Assembly (NCBI GenBank): GCA_030704615.1
Contig: CM060732.1
Coordinates: forward strand, 16,616,001 to 16,680,000
DNA: 64,000 nucleotides
Direction: 5' to 3'
Origin: Takakia lepidozioides
Lineage: Eukaryota; Plantae; Bryophyta
Part shown: positions 24,801 through 38,700 of the stretch, in pieces
Layout of the letters: each line of letters opens with the position of its first letter
Numbering within the stretch: position 1 is the first letter of the stretch
Made by a program: the position numbers and the translations under genes
The notes under the pieces: generated by a model
The model's database searches: none
Told to the model about the DNA's origin: nothing
Seen by the model: the letters and a program-made list of their open reading frames with translations, nothing else

Positions 24801-25812
24801 CTTCCCTCGCCTGCTCATCAGCTGTGATTGTCCAACCAGTCACCACTTCATCCTGTAAACTCACAGTGGCTGGTTCCTCTAGGATTTCCATTTCTCCTTC
24901 TCTTTCTTCATAGAAATGTGATGGGTAACTGCTGGTTTCCTCTTCAATTGGTGTTGCTGACACTACACCACAACAGATGCCTCTTAAACAACTTAGGCCT
25001 TCCAGCCGCATCTCTGCAACCTGCTCCCACTCTGGGTGTGTAGCGAACAGGGTAGTTTCCTGCTCCTCATCCAGTCCTCCCCTCCAATCATACTCTCTGA
25101 CCCCTCGAGGTCTTCTTGTAGCAGGTAATCTACTAGATTTCTTAGTGGTAATTTATATCTCGTGCATCCCATTATGCACAGTTAGTAACTGAGAATTCCA
25201 GTCATGGAATACCCTGACCTGTTTCAGCCACGGACGTCCCAATAATAAGGAGTAAGCCTCCATGACTTCATCCATCTTCAACACAGTTACTGTGATCATA
25301 AAGATCATCTTCTGTATCTGTATCTTAACTCCTCTTATCAATCCCAATGGCTGTACACTTCTTTGATCTGCCATTGCTACTGTAAATGGGGCTAGTTTCA
25401 TGTTACTTAGACCAAGCTTCTTCCTTAATTGGTCTGTCATGATATTTACTCCAGAGCCTCCATCTATCAGTACATCAGTTAGTTCTATGCTTCCAATTCT
25501 CAATTGGATTACTGGCATAGAATCATCAAAGTCCATGACTATTTCTCGCCCTTCCGGCTTCACATTATAACTGGTCACCTTGCTGTTCAGGTCTGTGTTT
25601 CCTGTCTCCTGGGCAATTCGATTGATTGCTTGATACAGCCTGTGTCTACAATAAGGTGCCACAGCCAATAGCTGTCCAATGGTAATCTTTGCTTTGGTCT
25701 GGCATATTACTTCAGCCAAAGTCCCTTCATTACTTTGCATGTCTGCAACTTCTTTCTTCCTTTCATCCTCACTCACTTCTTCTTCTCCATTAGAATAAGA
25801 GGAATCTGCCAC
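21862..25812 (-). pseudogene. pol: pol: aspartic protease, reverse transcriptase, RNase H, integrase (stops and frameshifts)
   Basis: VLIDGGSGVNIM (PR); WLSPIVIVPKKNGKLRVC and MDDF (RT); HCDASREALGAVL (RH); [22 protein letters not shown] and GQAEATNK (INT). Confidence 0.95.
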
Positions 25813-25830
25813 AGGAATATCAGTACTCTT

Positions 25831-28004
25831 CTACATTTCCCTTATGGTATCTGCCACTTCCTTGTGCAGTTCCTTCTCATCTCTCCAAGCCTCATCATCT
25901 TCAGGTATATCACTGCCATCTTCATTATCATCATCTTCCTCAACCACTGGAGGTATTAGTTTGGCTTTGCTTCTTGTTACTATCATTGTACTTACTTCTG
26001 GTACAACACATGGCCTAACCATGTGAGCTGCCACCACTGGGCCCTCATTCACAGGAGCTCTCATCTCATTCTGGTGTCTAATCCAGAACAAATAGGCTGC
26101 CTTGCGATGTCCTGACTGATTACAATAGTAACATAGTTCTTCACCATTGGGTCCTCGCCCTTGGTCTGCTCTTGGATTATTTCTGTAATCCTGATTCCCT
26201 GGCTGGTAATTCCCCTTGGATTACCCTGATAGTTGCCTCTGGAATTTCCTTGGTAATTCCCTCTTGAATTACCTCTCTCTTCCATGCCATTGTTATAACC
26301 ACCAGGCCTACCATAGTGGTCCTGATCACTGTTTCTTCTTGGCTGGGGCTGCACTTGATGCACCCTTACTTGCCTAGGTTCTCCAGTTGTTGTCCTTCTG
26401 TTGTAGTAACAATTCTCAGTAGAATGGTTATCCATTTTACAGATAGTACAGTGTTTCTCCTTCATGTGGCATTCAGTGGTGGTATGGCCTTCATTCTGGC
26501 ACTTTGCACACCAAACACCCTTCCTCCAATGTGTTGCAGCCTCTGTGGCATACTTCTTCAAGATTTCTTCTAATCTTTTCTCATAGTTATCCCTCTTCAA
26601 TTTCTCCTTTCTCTTACTCTTCCTTTTCAGTTCTTGCTCTTCTTCTTCATCTGACTCATCCTCAGAGTCCTCATCATCCCTTTTCTCTCTCATGAGCATT
26701 CCCAATTGCTCAATTCTGTTTGCAGTTTCAAATGCCTCCTCCACTGTATTATGGGGTAACATATCCACTTTCTTCTGCAACTCTGGTCTTAGTCCACTCA
26801 CAAACCAAGTCTTCTGTAAACCTGGTGCTGGTACAGCAGCCAGCTTTTTCATCATCAATTCCATCTTTTCCATATACTCCTCAACAGTTTCATGCTTCTT
26901 TTGCTTTAACTGTTGTAAACTTCCATATACTTCATCCTCGGTTTACTTGTCCTGAACCTATTTCGGAATGTTGTATTCAAGCCATCCCAGGTTAGAAAAT
27001 GATTATCATGGAATCTTGCATACCATTCACTTGCTTTCTTGATAAGTGAACAAAGAAACAATCTCATCTTGGCATCATCGCCATTCTCATTGTTCACTAT
27101 ACACATGGCTAATGTGTACATCGGGATCCCCTTTTCTTGAATATATTGGAAAAGGTGGTTTTGCCCGTGTTGGTTGTAACGCCATCTGTGGCCCTACCTT
27201 CTGCCCACTGACAGGTGGTGGCACCCTTGCTGGTGCTAGTCCTTGAGGACCTGTTGTAGTTGTGGTGGATCTTCCACCCAGTGGTGGCCCCTTAGCACTC
27301 CCTGCTACTGGCCCCACGATATTCACAGTATTCCCAGCTCCAGTTGCACTACTTCCCACACTCCCTGTCCCCCCAGAGCCAGATCCAGGCAGCCCGCCTG
27401 ATCCCCCTGAGCCGACACCTTCATTGGCCTGTGATCCAAGTGCTCCACTTGATTCAGGTCCAACGGGTTGGGATGTCCTGGTTGTAGTCTCAACCTCAGC
27501 TGTTGGGTCTACTTCTTCATACTCTTCCTCTTCCAATTTCTTCTCTCTATTTTCATCCTCCAAGTTCTGCCCTTGGGTTTCTTCTTCACTCATATAACTC
27601 AACTGCAACGGTGTTGGAGAGTCTGAACTCTCCGTTGGCTCTACCACATCCTCTCCTCCTTCTTCACCTTCCGCTTCAGAAACTGGAGTTCCTGCTTTTG
27701 GTGTTCCATGCCAACTCTTATCAAAGATTTCTGTCAAATCTTTTATCCAGGGATGAACCTCAGATCTTTCACCTCGTGATTGATCTTCTTCTCGTACCAA
27801 TTCCCTTAATTTTTCTTGCAAAGAAAAAGAAGGAGTGGCATCCAACTCTAGTTCTTCCGGTATGGGTGATGTACTCTCTAATCTTAATGGTGTGAGAGGT
27901 CCAGATGATTCCCCTATGTCTATTCCTCTCTCCCAAAGATATGGATAATTAGCTTTCAGATAGCTTTCTCTTTTTGCTCTGGAGTCTAGCTTCTCTTTCA
28001 TCAC
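25831..28004 (-). pseudogene. gag: gag with CCHC zinc knuckles (frameshifted)
   Basis: Capsid-like YSRKGDPDVH and ASEWY..TWDGL..FRNRF segments; knuckles CAKCQNEGHTTTEC and CTICKMDNHSTENC. Confidence 0.9.
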
Positions 28005-28598
28005 TCATGTCCCATGTCTTTCATTTCTTTTAATGTGGCAATAACCAAAACTCTCTTTTGTAGTATCTCTCGTATATGCCTGGGTTTCTTTCAAGCTTCA
28101 ATGCACCCTTGGCTATACTAGAAGTCTCCGTTACCATATAACCATATGGCAAACAAGTCTGGAAAGCTGTTCTTGGTGTGAGTTTGATCCACAAAATATC
28201 CTTTGGAATTCAATTCTTTACCAGTACAAGCTCTTCATGCATATGAGTATAAACATTCACCTTTCTTTCCTCCCAGCCTTCAAACTCTATTCGCTTAATG
28301 GATAGCAATGCTATCACATAAACCAGTGTTGGTAACCAACGTGCTCTTCCTCTACAGGCCACCTGATAAATCTTTATCACTCCTTTCTCCAGACCCCATT
28401 CAGGGTCAGCATCATGCACTCTTTTAAGAATGTTTTCTTTACAACCGTCTGGCAATTCCAAGAACCTCTGAAAGAATCGTTTGGACAATCTTTCCTTCTC
28501 AGTTTCACAGGGAATTTGATTTACATCAAATTCATTAATTCTCCATCCACCATGATCCCACCAGATGCCTGTCATATCTGGTTGTTCATGACCCAGTT

Positions 28599-28615
28599 CC
28601 CCAGTATGGTCGCCA
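28599..28615 (-). other. Primer-binding site TGGCGACCATACTGGGG (tRNA-Arg-like, tentative)
   Basis: TGG-starting sequence 2 nt inside the 5' LTR; resembles Tat/Ogre-type tRNA-Arg PBSs. Confidence 0.8.
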
Positions 28616-28617
28616 AA

Positions 28618-29352
28618 TGTCGATCGGCTTTTACTCACCCATCCCTTCGCTATCCGAGGTGGGAACCCCAAGATAGAAGAGTTGGAAATCTCTAAGCACT
28701 CAACCCGCTCAGAACAATCAGTCATGACCTACAGCTAGTGTATCATGGGGGTGTTTCCTATTTGTACTCCTTCTCACATTCATGTTAGCGAGTTACCTTA
28801 CTATCTGCAATTAAGTATCAGTTTGCTTCAGAATTCTATCAAGTTCCATCCATTCATTTCACAGCTTCACTCAGGTCTCTCTACACAGTGTGAGTATGAA
28901 GTATGTATCAGATTAATATCTATCAAGTATCAAGTTGAAGCCATGGTGTCTCTAATCTACTCTACATTACAATTCTACAGCTTGCATTCATCAAGTAACA
29001 ACAGATCGTCACTTCTCCTACTGCGTGCTCTTCATCTTTCCATTCAGAGATGTGCTCTCCCCTCTATTTCCCAGCCCTGATGTCCGAAGTCCCCCACCCA
29101 GAAGTCCTCAAGAAGTCATCTCCCCAGATGTCCCCGCTTATCGCTTTATCTATTTACAAGCCGTTCTAACCGCTTTCCTAACTAACCGTTATCTCTGTAG
29201 TACACGTTCATTTTTCAGATGTCGTTCCTCCACAGTCGTTCCCTGCCAATGATAACTATTCCCCAGCTGTGCCGAGCTGTGACTGGCTGTATCAGGCTGT
29301 GGCGGGCTGTGACTGGCTGTGTCGGGCTGTGTAGGGCTCTGCGAAGCTGTGG
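28618..29352 (-). repeat. 5' LTR of gypsy copy 2, outer ~0.3 kb missing
   Basis: Matches 16402-~17100, then breaks inside the GCTGTG array. Confidence 0.92.
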
Positions 29353-29469
29353 TTGCTTGGCTGCTTTCATGGGGATCACATACAGTGAGGAGGTGGGAGC
29401 AAAGATAGAGCGACATGTTGGTGAGTTGGAAGAGCTTGAAGGGGAGCATGTTGAGGTACCAGGGGTTAA

Positions 29470-30700
29470 ATTTCTCGTGTGTAGTGGAAGGGGAGGAGTA
29501 CGAACGTAAGTTCTGCTGCAATAATTTTTGTTTTCCAACCTACATGTTCTTGTTGGATATTAATTGAAGTGCTTTCAATGTTGCTGCAATACCATAATAA
29601 AGTGGAGGCTGCTGAATGCAGTTGGCTTTGCTTGGTGCGGACAGAATCCATTGCAATGTGGAGATGGCTGATTATAGCATTTCCAGAGGATGGTGTGGAT
29701 GGCCTTGCGTGGTGCATGCAGAGTCCGTGGCAATGTACAGATGGCTGAATGGGCAAAGGAGGCAAGTGGCAAAGAAGCCACGTCACTGGTACATAGTTGT
29801 GTGCGACATACTACATGAAATTGTACTATATGTCATTCCAGAGACTGTCATTGTTGGTCCATGTGTTTTACAACAATGCTATCAATATAAGACTTCTGGT
29901 TCGCATTGGAAGCTCAATCCCTGTAAGTTCATTGTGTGTGAAGCTCAAACTTGTGATTTGAAGGATCTTGTAGCCAAGTTCATTCAACCGGAAAGGAATT
30001 TTTTTGAAAGCTCCCAAATTTAATGTGGGCAAGCTTATGGAGGTAAAACTCAGCTTCCCTCCTCTAATGTAAGTGCTGGATAAGTTTCATTTAGTGTCGA
30101 CCTTCACTGCATATATTGGCTCTTTTCTTGGCTGGTTTCATATTTTCTTGGCTGGTATGCTGTTGGTTGGCTTCTTTCATTTCACGTGTGTAGTGGAAGG
30201 GGAGAAGTACTTTCCTAAGTTCTGCTGCAACAATGTCTTTTTCCAGCCTAGATGTTCTCGATGGATACAAATTGAAGTGCTTTGAATGTTGTTGCAATAC
30301 TAGAATAAAGTGGAGGGTGCTGAATGCAGTTGGCCTTGCTTCGTGCAGGCATAATCCAGGGAAATGTGGACATAGCTGAAACCCCATGATAGCATTTCCA
30401 GAGGACGGTGTGGATGGCCTCACAATCCAACATGCAAAATCCATGGCAATGTGGAGATGGCTGAATGGGCAAACAGGTTAAGTACATGAAAGTGAAAGTG
30501 TACTATATGTCATTCCCAAAAATGACCATGTTGGTCCATGTATTTTACAACAATGCTATCAATAAAAGACCAATGGTTCGCATTCAAAACTCAATCCCCG
30601 TAAGTGGCTTGTGCGTGATGCTCAAACTTGTGATTTGAAGGATCTTATACCCCACTGCAGAGGTGATTGGAAAAGACATTGAGAAGGCAACAGCCGGTAT
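29470..30700. repeat. Diverged ~0.7-kb tandem duplication inside the CACTA element
   Basis: TGTGTAGTGGAAGGGGAG at ~29478 and ~30187; CTCAAACTTGTGATTTGAAGG at ~29944, ~30621 and ~16331. Confidence 0.8.
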
Positions 30701-31101
30701 CTATCCTCTACAGATCCCCTCAATTTGATGTGGGAAAGCCGGCTGGCTGGAGGTCTAGTCTCACTCATCTAAATGTCAGTGTTGTATCCATTGCAATGTG
30801 GAGATGTTTGAAACAACATTGGAGCATTTTTAGAGGATAGTCTGGATGGCCTTTCGTGGCGTGTGCCGAATCCATGGCAAGAAAACATTGCAGGTAGAAC
30901 CCATGGCAATGGTACCAGCACGGGTTGGTCCAAAGCCAATTGCAACAACAAATGAATAAAGGGTGCTGAAAGGAAAGCACTCCATAATTGATCATAAAAT
31001 CCACTGTCCAAGCATGATATCTTAATGGGAATGCGAAGGGAGTGTTACCACCTTAAACTATCATGCATGGTCTATAACTGGAGTGCGCAAATCTAGCATA
31101 T

Positions 31102-34100
31102 CTAATCTTCATCATCCTCATCTATGTCTGGGTCACTGCATGTATCACTGTCTTCATCACAGACTTGATCTTGTCCAAGGGTTGGCTGAACATCATCACC
31201 ACGTATACGGGGTGCTTGGAGGTACAAGGAGGCCACCTGCTCTGGAGTAACCGGTACCGCTCGGCTGCATGTTGGGCCATCAGTAACCAGAGTCTCCTCT
31301 AGTCTTTGTGGGGCTAACAATCCTTCCACTTCCGCCACATCATCATTATCAATTGATATGTCGCAGACCACTCTATGTGCTCGGGGGCTCTTCTCCAGGA
31401 TGACTTTCCACCCCATCTCCTTCACACAATAAGAAAAAAACACTTGATCAACCTGGCCAGGAAACACAAAAGGTTGCTCAGAAGGTGGAAGCATACGGTT
31501 AAAATTGACCAGTGTGAAGCCAACATCATCCTGCTTCATTGACATAGATTGACGACCCACGGGACGCGCCCGTACCCACGAACACAAAAACACTATAGGC
31601 TGTGTTTGGCCATAGTCAATTTGCAAAATCTCCCTTATAAGACCCACATATCTTGTAGGTTCCTCCATGTCATTGCCTGAATTGTTGGTAATGGGCTGGT
31701 GCTGGAAAATAGATGAGACTCCACAATCAAAAGACACCATACTTGTTGTGTTCATGCCGGGGGATGTAACCCTATAATGGTTACCATACGCTGTCATACT
31801 CTTGAATGACAGGGCAATAAATGATGGAGGCCTTGAAAGATCCAGTAATTCCTCACGTGTTGTAGGATCAAGCCCATCTGATTGAATTGAGAGATGATCC
31901 CGTACACCTTGAAGGAGCCAAACAGCAAATGGAGGACATGGATGCAAATCAGGAGGGTACTGAATTGCCGTGGGATTGCTCATGCCTTCCAGCCCTTGCT
32001 CCTCACGAAACAAGCGTCATCTGGCTTCTATCCATGTGGACTCTGCTTCATATATCCTATCACAATCCGAGGGTCAGCCAGGAGATTGACAGAGGTGGCG
32101 TGAAAAGACACCATATGCCAACTAATGAGAAATGACTAAAACTTGGAAATCTAAATGTCAATGAAGTAGATTTCTTACCCCAACATGACTGACAGACTAG
32201 GATGGTTCTGAATGATGTACTCATGTACAATATCACACAGGTCATTCAATTTTCGGGCTTTAGAACTTCCTTCCACAACTTCACGTTCCACAGATTCTGC
32301 CTCATCTGCATCCCACACCCTTCGTACACTTCCATCAAATCCTGCCATATACTCTGTGCAAAAACCCAATGCTTCTTCAAATTGGTATCCTTCTGCCATG
32401 CTCCCCTCGGGCCTTGCCATGTTTCTTACGTAGCCCTTCATATCTTTCATTGCCCGCTCCATGGGGTACATCCAGCGAGATGCTACGGGCCCGCATAAGT
32501 ACAACTCGTCCACTAGGTGAACAACCAGATGTGTCATCACATCAAAAAATGATGGTGGGAACTCCTCTATAAGACACAGAGTGACAACTGCTTCAGTTCT
32601 CAATTCCTCATACTCTACAGGATTCACCACTTTTGCACACAACTTCTTAAATACACGACATAATCGCAAAATGGCCCTGCGAGGACCACTTGCCATGAGC
32701 CCACGGATAGCAAGCGATATAATTTGCTGCATGAGCACATGATAGTCATGTGATTTCATACCAGACAATTTCTTCTTCACCACATGCTTTTTGGAAGCTG
32801 ATGCGTAGCCTGTTGGCACTTTCAAGTTCTGCACAATCTCCAGAAAGACTTGTAACTTAGCCTCAGTGAGGACATAAGGGGCAGGAGGCATAATTAATGT
32901 ATCTGCTCTGTCAGGATCACGTTGTAGCCACAATTCTGGGCGCATCCCAAGTAGCTCCAAATCACGGCGAACTTTCAGTGTCTTTCTCACCAAAGATAGT
33001 TTTAATAATATTTTCAGCCAAGTTCTTCTCGCAATGCATTGCGTCAAACGTGTGGCGGATGAGGAGACCCTACAAAATGAACACATAAGCAATTGAGCAT
33101 TTACTCATCACAATTTAAACAGAAAACGCAAAAATGTACACAGCCAATTTAAAGGTCATGAAGGAATTACCTCCCAATAAGGTAAGACATATAAAATTGA
33201 CCATCGCTTAACTCCATGAGTTTTTGCTGGGTCTGTCCTGATATCTGGCATCCCTCCATTTTCCACCCATGCAGTACGAGCTGTTGCAAGCTCCTTGATT
33301 TGTGTTTCAGTCTGTGTTTTTGGAAGAGTTCCATGCTCAGTAGCGCCATTGAACATTCTTGACCTTCTATATGGATGATTGCGGGCCAGAAATCTTCGGT
33401 GGCCTAGGAAAACAGTTTTCCCACATGTGTGTAACTGCTGTGAAGTCACCCCGGGTCCACAAGCTGGACAACCAGCATAACCTTTTGTCACTTGACCTGA
33501 GAGCAAGCCATATGCAAGGTAGTCATGGATTGACCACATCAACACTGACCTCAATGAGAATTCGCGTTGACCACGAGGACAGGAAATATCATGAGCTGCA
33601 ATCCCTCTCCATAGTTCCAGTAGCTCTTCCAGTAGGGTCATCAGGTAAACATCTACGTTGTCCGAGGTAACAGACTCCTTACCAGGAATCAGTAGCGCTA
33701 ACATGACAAAGAACTTTTTGGTCATTAACCACAGAGGCAGATTGTAATTGACCAAGAGAACGGGCCATGTGCTCCAACTGGTGGATTGAGCTCCGTAGGG
33801 ATTTACACCGCCTAAGGCCAATCCAAATCGCAGAGATCGTGGCTCTGCAGCAAAATCCTCAAATGGGGTGTCAATGTGTCTCCATGCTTTGCTATCAGCT
33901 GGATGTCCAACCAACCCATCCTGGCTCTTATGTCTGTTGTGCCATGTCATGAGGTTAGCGATCGATTTACATCGGTACATACGTTTCAACCTTGGAATGA
34001 CAGGGAAGTGTCGCAATACTTTCTTGGGCACACTTCCACGACCTGGAATGTAACGGGAACTGTGGCACACTGGGCAAATGTCTACATTCTCCTACTCCCC

Positions 34101-35241
34101 ACGGAAGAGTACACAACCACGCTCACAGGCATGAATCATGGTGTACTGCAATCTCATATTGGCAATCATGGTTTTTGCTTTATAGTGAGTTTTCGGCAAT
34201 GAATTCTCTTTAGGCAAAAAACTCTTACGCAACAATCCCAAAAGCTCATCCACAAATGCATTGGTGCACTTGTGGGTAGTGCATTCGTTCAGCAACGTCA
34301 AAGTTGCTTGCAGCCGGCTGATCGAGCACCCTTCAAAAAGTGGACATTGCGACTGTCGGAAGAGTTTATCGTACTCGGGATCAACGTGCAGGTGAGCATT
34401 CTCATCAAATTCATTGTCTCCGGAATCGTCGAGGTCATCGTCATGATCGGCAAATGTGTGATCGGTTCCACCATGAATGGGGTCCTCTCTGTTTGCATCT
34501 GCAAAGAGAAATGCTTTCTGCAATGCACGCTGGATTTCTACCTCCAATCCACCACCCTCATCTGCGTTCTCTGTGACATTGGGCTCCCGCTGTGCCACAG
34601 GGCCTTCGTCTTCATCATCTGAATATTCACATCCCTGCACCCCAATAGTCATCTTGTGAGTGGACCAACAACGATGTGACACTTGTTCATATTATGACAT
34701 GGGAGGCACAGTGACGTTGCAGTGATGCAGTCATATTTACGTATGTATCTTATGAATATACACCCAATCAAAACACGACATTTGTAGCCATTGAAGTCAT
34801 AGTTGCAGTTACTTAGTTAGTCATATATGACTACATGACTACACATGACCAATGAAAACACAACATGTGCATTAATTAAAGTGATAACGGAAGTGACGTA
34901 GTCATAGTGACGTCTGTATCTTATGACTTCTTGACTACAATCACCCAACGAAATGTCGACATGTGGAGAAGAGGATCGTTGCATTCAAAATTCAAACTAA
35001 AGTGCTGAAGGGAAAGTGGCGATCGTACTAGAAGAGAACAACGTCGGAGAAGAGGATCCCTCCCGTGTATCATGTAATGATTCCTCACTGTTTCCAACAA
35101 CAGTAGTTTTCCTCCATGACACTCATCGCAGTTGCATAGCATTTTTGTATGCCCATTCCTTGTGGCATAAGCTTCTTCCATTCGCCATAGACGGTCATCT
35201 ATTCTACGCCTACGCATCCGGTCGCCACCTGCACTGTACAT
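31102..35241 (-). pseudogene. CACTA Tnp2/TnpD transposase (Transposase_21, DUF4218 and DUF4216-like regions), spliced, with stops and frameshifts
   Basis: IHACERGCVLF, KVLRHFPVIPRLKRMY, HPADSKAWRHID, STWPVLLVNYNLP, GMKSHDYHVLMQ, FPPSFFDVMTHLVVHL, RWMYPMER, EQPFVFPGQVDQVFF. Confidence 0.93.
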
Positions 35242-35792
35242 GCTTTGAACGTCACCCCTTCCCTCTTTGCATGCTACGCACAGTGCATTGTCTCTTGTTT
35301 TGCACCAGCTGCCAATGTGCTATTTCTATATCTATAGTATACTATAAGTATCGTTTCTGAGTGTCCATGGTGAAGCGGAAGGTCTTCGAAGTGACAGTCC
35401 CTCTCACTGAGTACGAGAAGTTCCGAGAGCGCTGGATTGCTGCCATAAAGGAGGTGGAAGCAACGTTCAAGCAGTCGATACATGGGTGAGTTTAGTTCCT
35501 GACTTTGGTTACCCACCCACTAAACTTGCGATTCGCCTTATCCTCTGACCTTCCTACAGCTCTCATAAGCTTCATAGCACAAATGGGGGCGAGTAGCTGC
35601 GACTTGTACAAACAGAGAGGCAAACAACATGCAGTGAGTGACGATTAGGTTTGAGGAGGGTGTGTCATTAGGCGGGAGATGTCCGCCGTCATTCGTGGGC
35701 AGCCATTACGTCCTGGTAGGGTGCGGCTGTGGTTCAGCGTAGGCTTAAGAGTATTAGGGTATGTATGCTTGCATTTGTTTGTGATTGTTTGA

Positions 35793-38700
35793 GATGGAGG
35801 TCATGGAGGTGTTTGTGCAGGCTTGCAGGAGCAAAATGCCCTCGCAAGCCACGCGCTCCGAAGGAAAAAGCTAGGGATCAAGGTCCTGCAAGGCAAAGTG
35901 CCAGACTGAAGACGATGAAGACTACGATTCTGCATGAGGGCTCTTCTGAGGACGATGAGGACGATCCACTCCTCCCACGCCAGTGCAAGGCGAGTGCGTC
36001 GTCGGCGGATGCCATGGCAAGCCGAGGAGAACATGCCCAGGCTCATGTCGCAGGACAAAAACGCCCATCATCTACACTACGAACACCTTCTCCGTCTGTG
36101 AGTTATAGTTCTTCACAATGACCATGATTCAAATTATGTATGTTTTTGGTAAAATCACGAAGAGATAGGGTATGGTAAGATCATGAAGAGATAGGGTATG
36201 TCTGTCAAGACAGGGAAGTTGGACAATGCAGGGGTCAGCCAAGGCACAATCACAAATTATTTCCACTAGACAAGTTGAAGTGCCAAAGGCATGATGTCAG
36301 CCCAATGTAGACTTCAGGTGTGTTCAACAAAATATCAGTAAAACTTGGAGGGATACTTCTCATGGACCCATCAGGTTTGTCCCTTTGAATTCTTGCTATG
36401 GATTTCAGGAACACCCCATACCTAAGAGGGTTCAAAAATGTACTGGGAGGACATCATTGGGGCCAATCAAATTTGGGAGATTTACTACCCAAGATCATAC
36501 TGAGTTTTGGGTAATCTTGTCTTTACAAATCATATGTGCTTCCAGTTTGTTATCTTGAATTCAAGGATTTGCTGCTTGCTGCCTACATGTATGTGTAATC
36601 ACCCACAGTGTACTGGGGGAATTTCTTTTCAGGGCAAGCACAAGCGCACTGGATCCACGATCCCTGCTGCTAGCAATGGAGATGGCGCCCACAAGAACGC
36701 AGGAGGTGGCCCTAACTCTTCCATCATTTTGGGTTCTGTGCCACCAGTACCCCCACCTTATTATGGTATGCCTCAGTACCCACAGTCTGGCACTCAGTAT
36801 GGTCAGGGTCAATATGGTGCTCCTCCATATGGGCAGTATGGGCAGTATCCTCCTCCACCATATTTGCCACCCCCTAATAGCTATGGGGGTGGCAAGTCAC
36901 CGGAATATCCTCCTGCTTATGGACAGTATGGCCAGTATGGTCCTCGGCCTTCTGGCCAACAGCCATGGCCACCAGTCCCTACTTGGCAGGATCCTGCTGT
37001 GAATTCTCCTGTGCGCACGGAGGTCTCTAAAGGAGGGGAGGGTGCCGTTTCAAAGAATGATAGAACCAATGCTTTAAGGAGGGCTAATAGCTCAGCCAAA
37101 ATTGAAGCTGCCAAGGTGAAGGAAGAGAGAATAGCTGCAGGTCTTCCTCCCACGGTGATTGTGACGAACCTCAAAGGAGCCCCGTATAGATTGTTCCCTT
37201 GCCATCAACAACCAACCTGATGAACTTGTATACAAAATCAGAGATCACCTGGCTAAGCTATTTTCATATACGCCACACAAGTTAAAAGACTTCCACCTAA
37301 AATAAACAATTGGCAGAATAATGAAGAGCCAGCATTATGAAGCACACACTGCGTGGTTGGGTGGTAAGGGGAAACCCATTACTGTATCTGACAAGGTATG
37401 GAACAAGCTTGTAAGAACTGGTAGACATAGATGTTCCACAAAGTGTCGGGCAACATGAAGAAGGCAAATGGTGCAATTCAGAATCCTACCAAGACTGGCC
37501 GTGGTGGGAAGGCAATGGTGGAAGCACGCTTGGTAAGTGGCATCATCACGACTCTGTATTTTGTTCCTCATTGAATTGCTATGTGTATATTGTTAGCCCT
37601 CACATTGCTTACTGACTTGTGGCATGGGTTTGTTTGTGGCATGGATTAATTAATTTGCAGGAAACCCTATTAGGGTGCCCTCCTACATTATATGAAATTC
37701 AAGAGGGTTCAGTGTTACGGTTGTCAGCTGGGAGTGACAGGCGGATAAGTGTGTTTTCCACGTTTGCTAGAGTGGTTGCTGCATCATAGGTTGCTAGGAT
37801 TTTTTTCAAGGCTTTTGGCCTGGGTTTTCTTTCCAATGGTTGTTCATGCTAGGTTTTTTTTGTTTGATTCATACTTGGGCAAGTTTTCATGGATTGGCAG
37901 GAGGGAAGTCTCGCATATTCTACAGTAGTTGGCAGGATGGATGGCTTGGACAAACTGGTGGAATCACAAGGACGTGACATGGCAGACTTAAAATTACAGA
38001 TGCAGAGCATGATTGAGTACCAGAATGCCATTGTGGCCAGATTGGGGATTAATCTACCAGGCGTAGGACCAGTGACATCTACGATGGATGCGTCTGCTGT
38101 GACATTATCAAAATGTTTGGAATCCCAATTTCAGACAGTAACTGGTGCTCACTCTAAGCCCTTATGTCTTCCTGTCACTGATGCTCTTTTGAATTTGACC
38201 GAGCAGCAGCAGGATACAAGGAAGGCCAGCTGTGAGGTACACGTGGAAATTCAGCCCTTGCCACGTACAAAGGCAATATCAGTCCAGGGGGCAATGGTGA
38301 CAGAGCCGCCTGGCACACCGGATTCTGGTATGCAGGTATGTGGGAGTTTAAATGGGGAGGAAGATGCAGATGGGGACAAAACAAACAAGCAGGTTGCTTT
38401 AATTTCTCCTGCTCACATGTTGAAGCCAAATGACAGTTTACTTCCTAGACCAGCGAGGAATCATTTACTAATTCTGGACTTAAATGGTCTGTTATGTGAA
38501 TCTTTTCATTCTGCTAATGGGCCTGCATCTCTTCCCAAAGGTTTTGTGGGGAAGATATGTGGCAAGAAGATGGTAGTTTTGAGACCACGCTGTTATGAGT
38601 TTTTGCAAAAGTGTTTTGAACACTTTGAGGTGGCGGTGTGGTCTTGTTGCCAAGCTCGCAACTTCTTCCCAATGGTGGACTATATTTTTGCAGCCCACAC

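Larger units (their letters stand above)
16402..29352 (-). mobile_element. Ty3/gypsy LTR retrotransposon, copy 2 (non-chromovirus type with extra 3' ORF); 5' LTR truncated
   Basis: Order LTR-PBS-gag-PR-RT-RH-INT-extra ORF-PPT-LTR; two near-identical LTRs. Confidence 0.96.
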
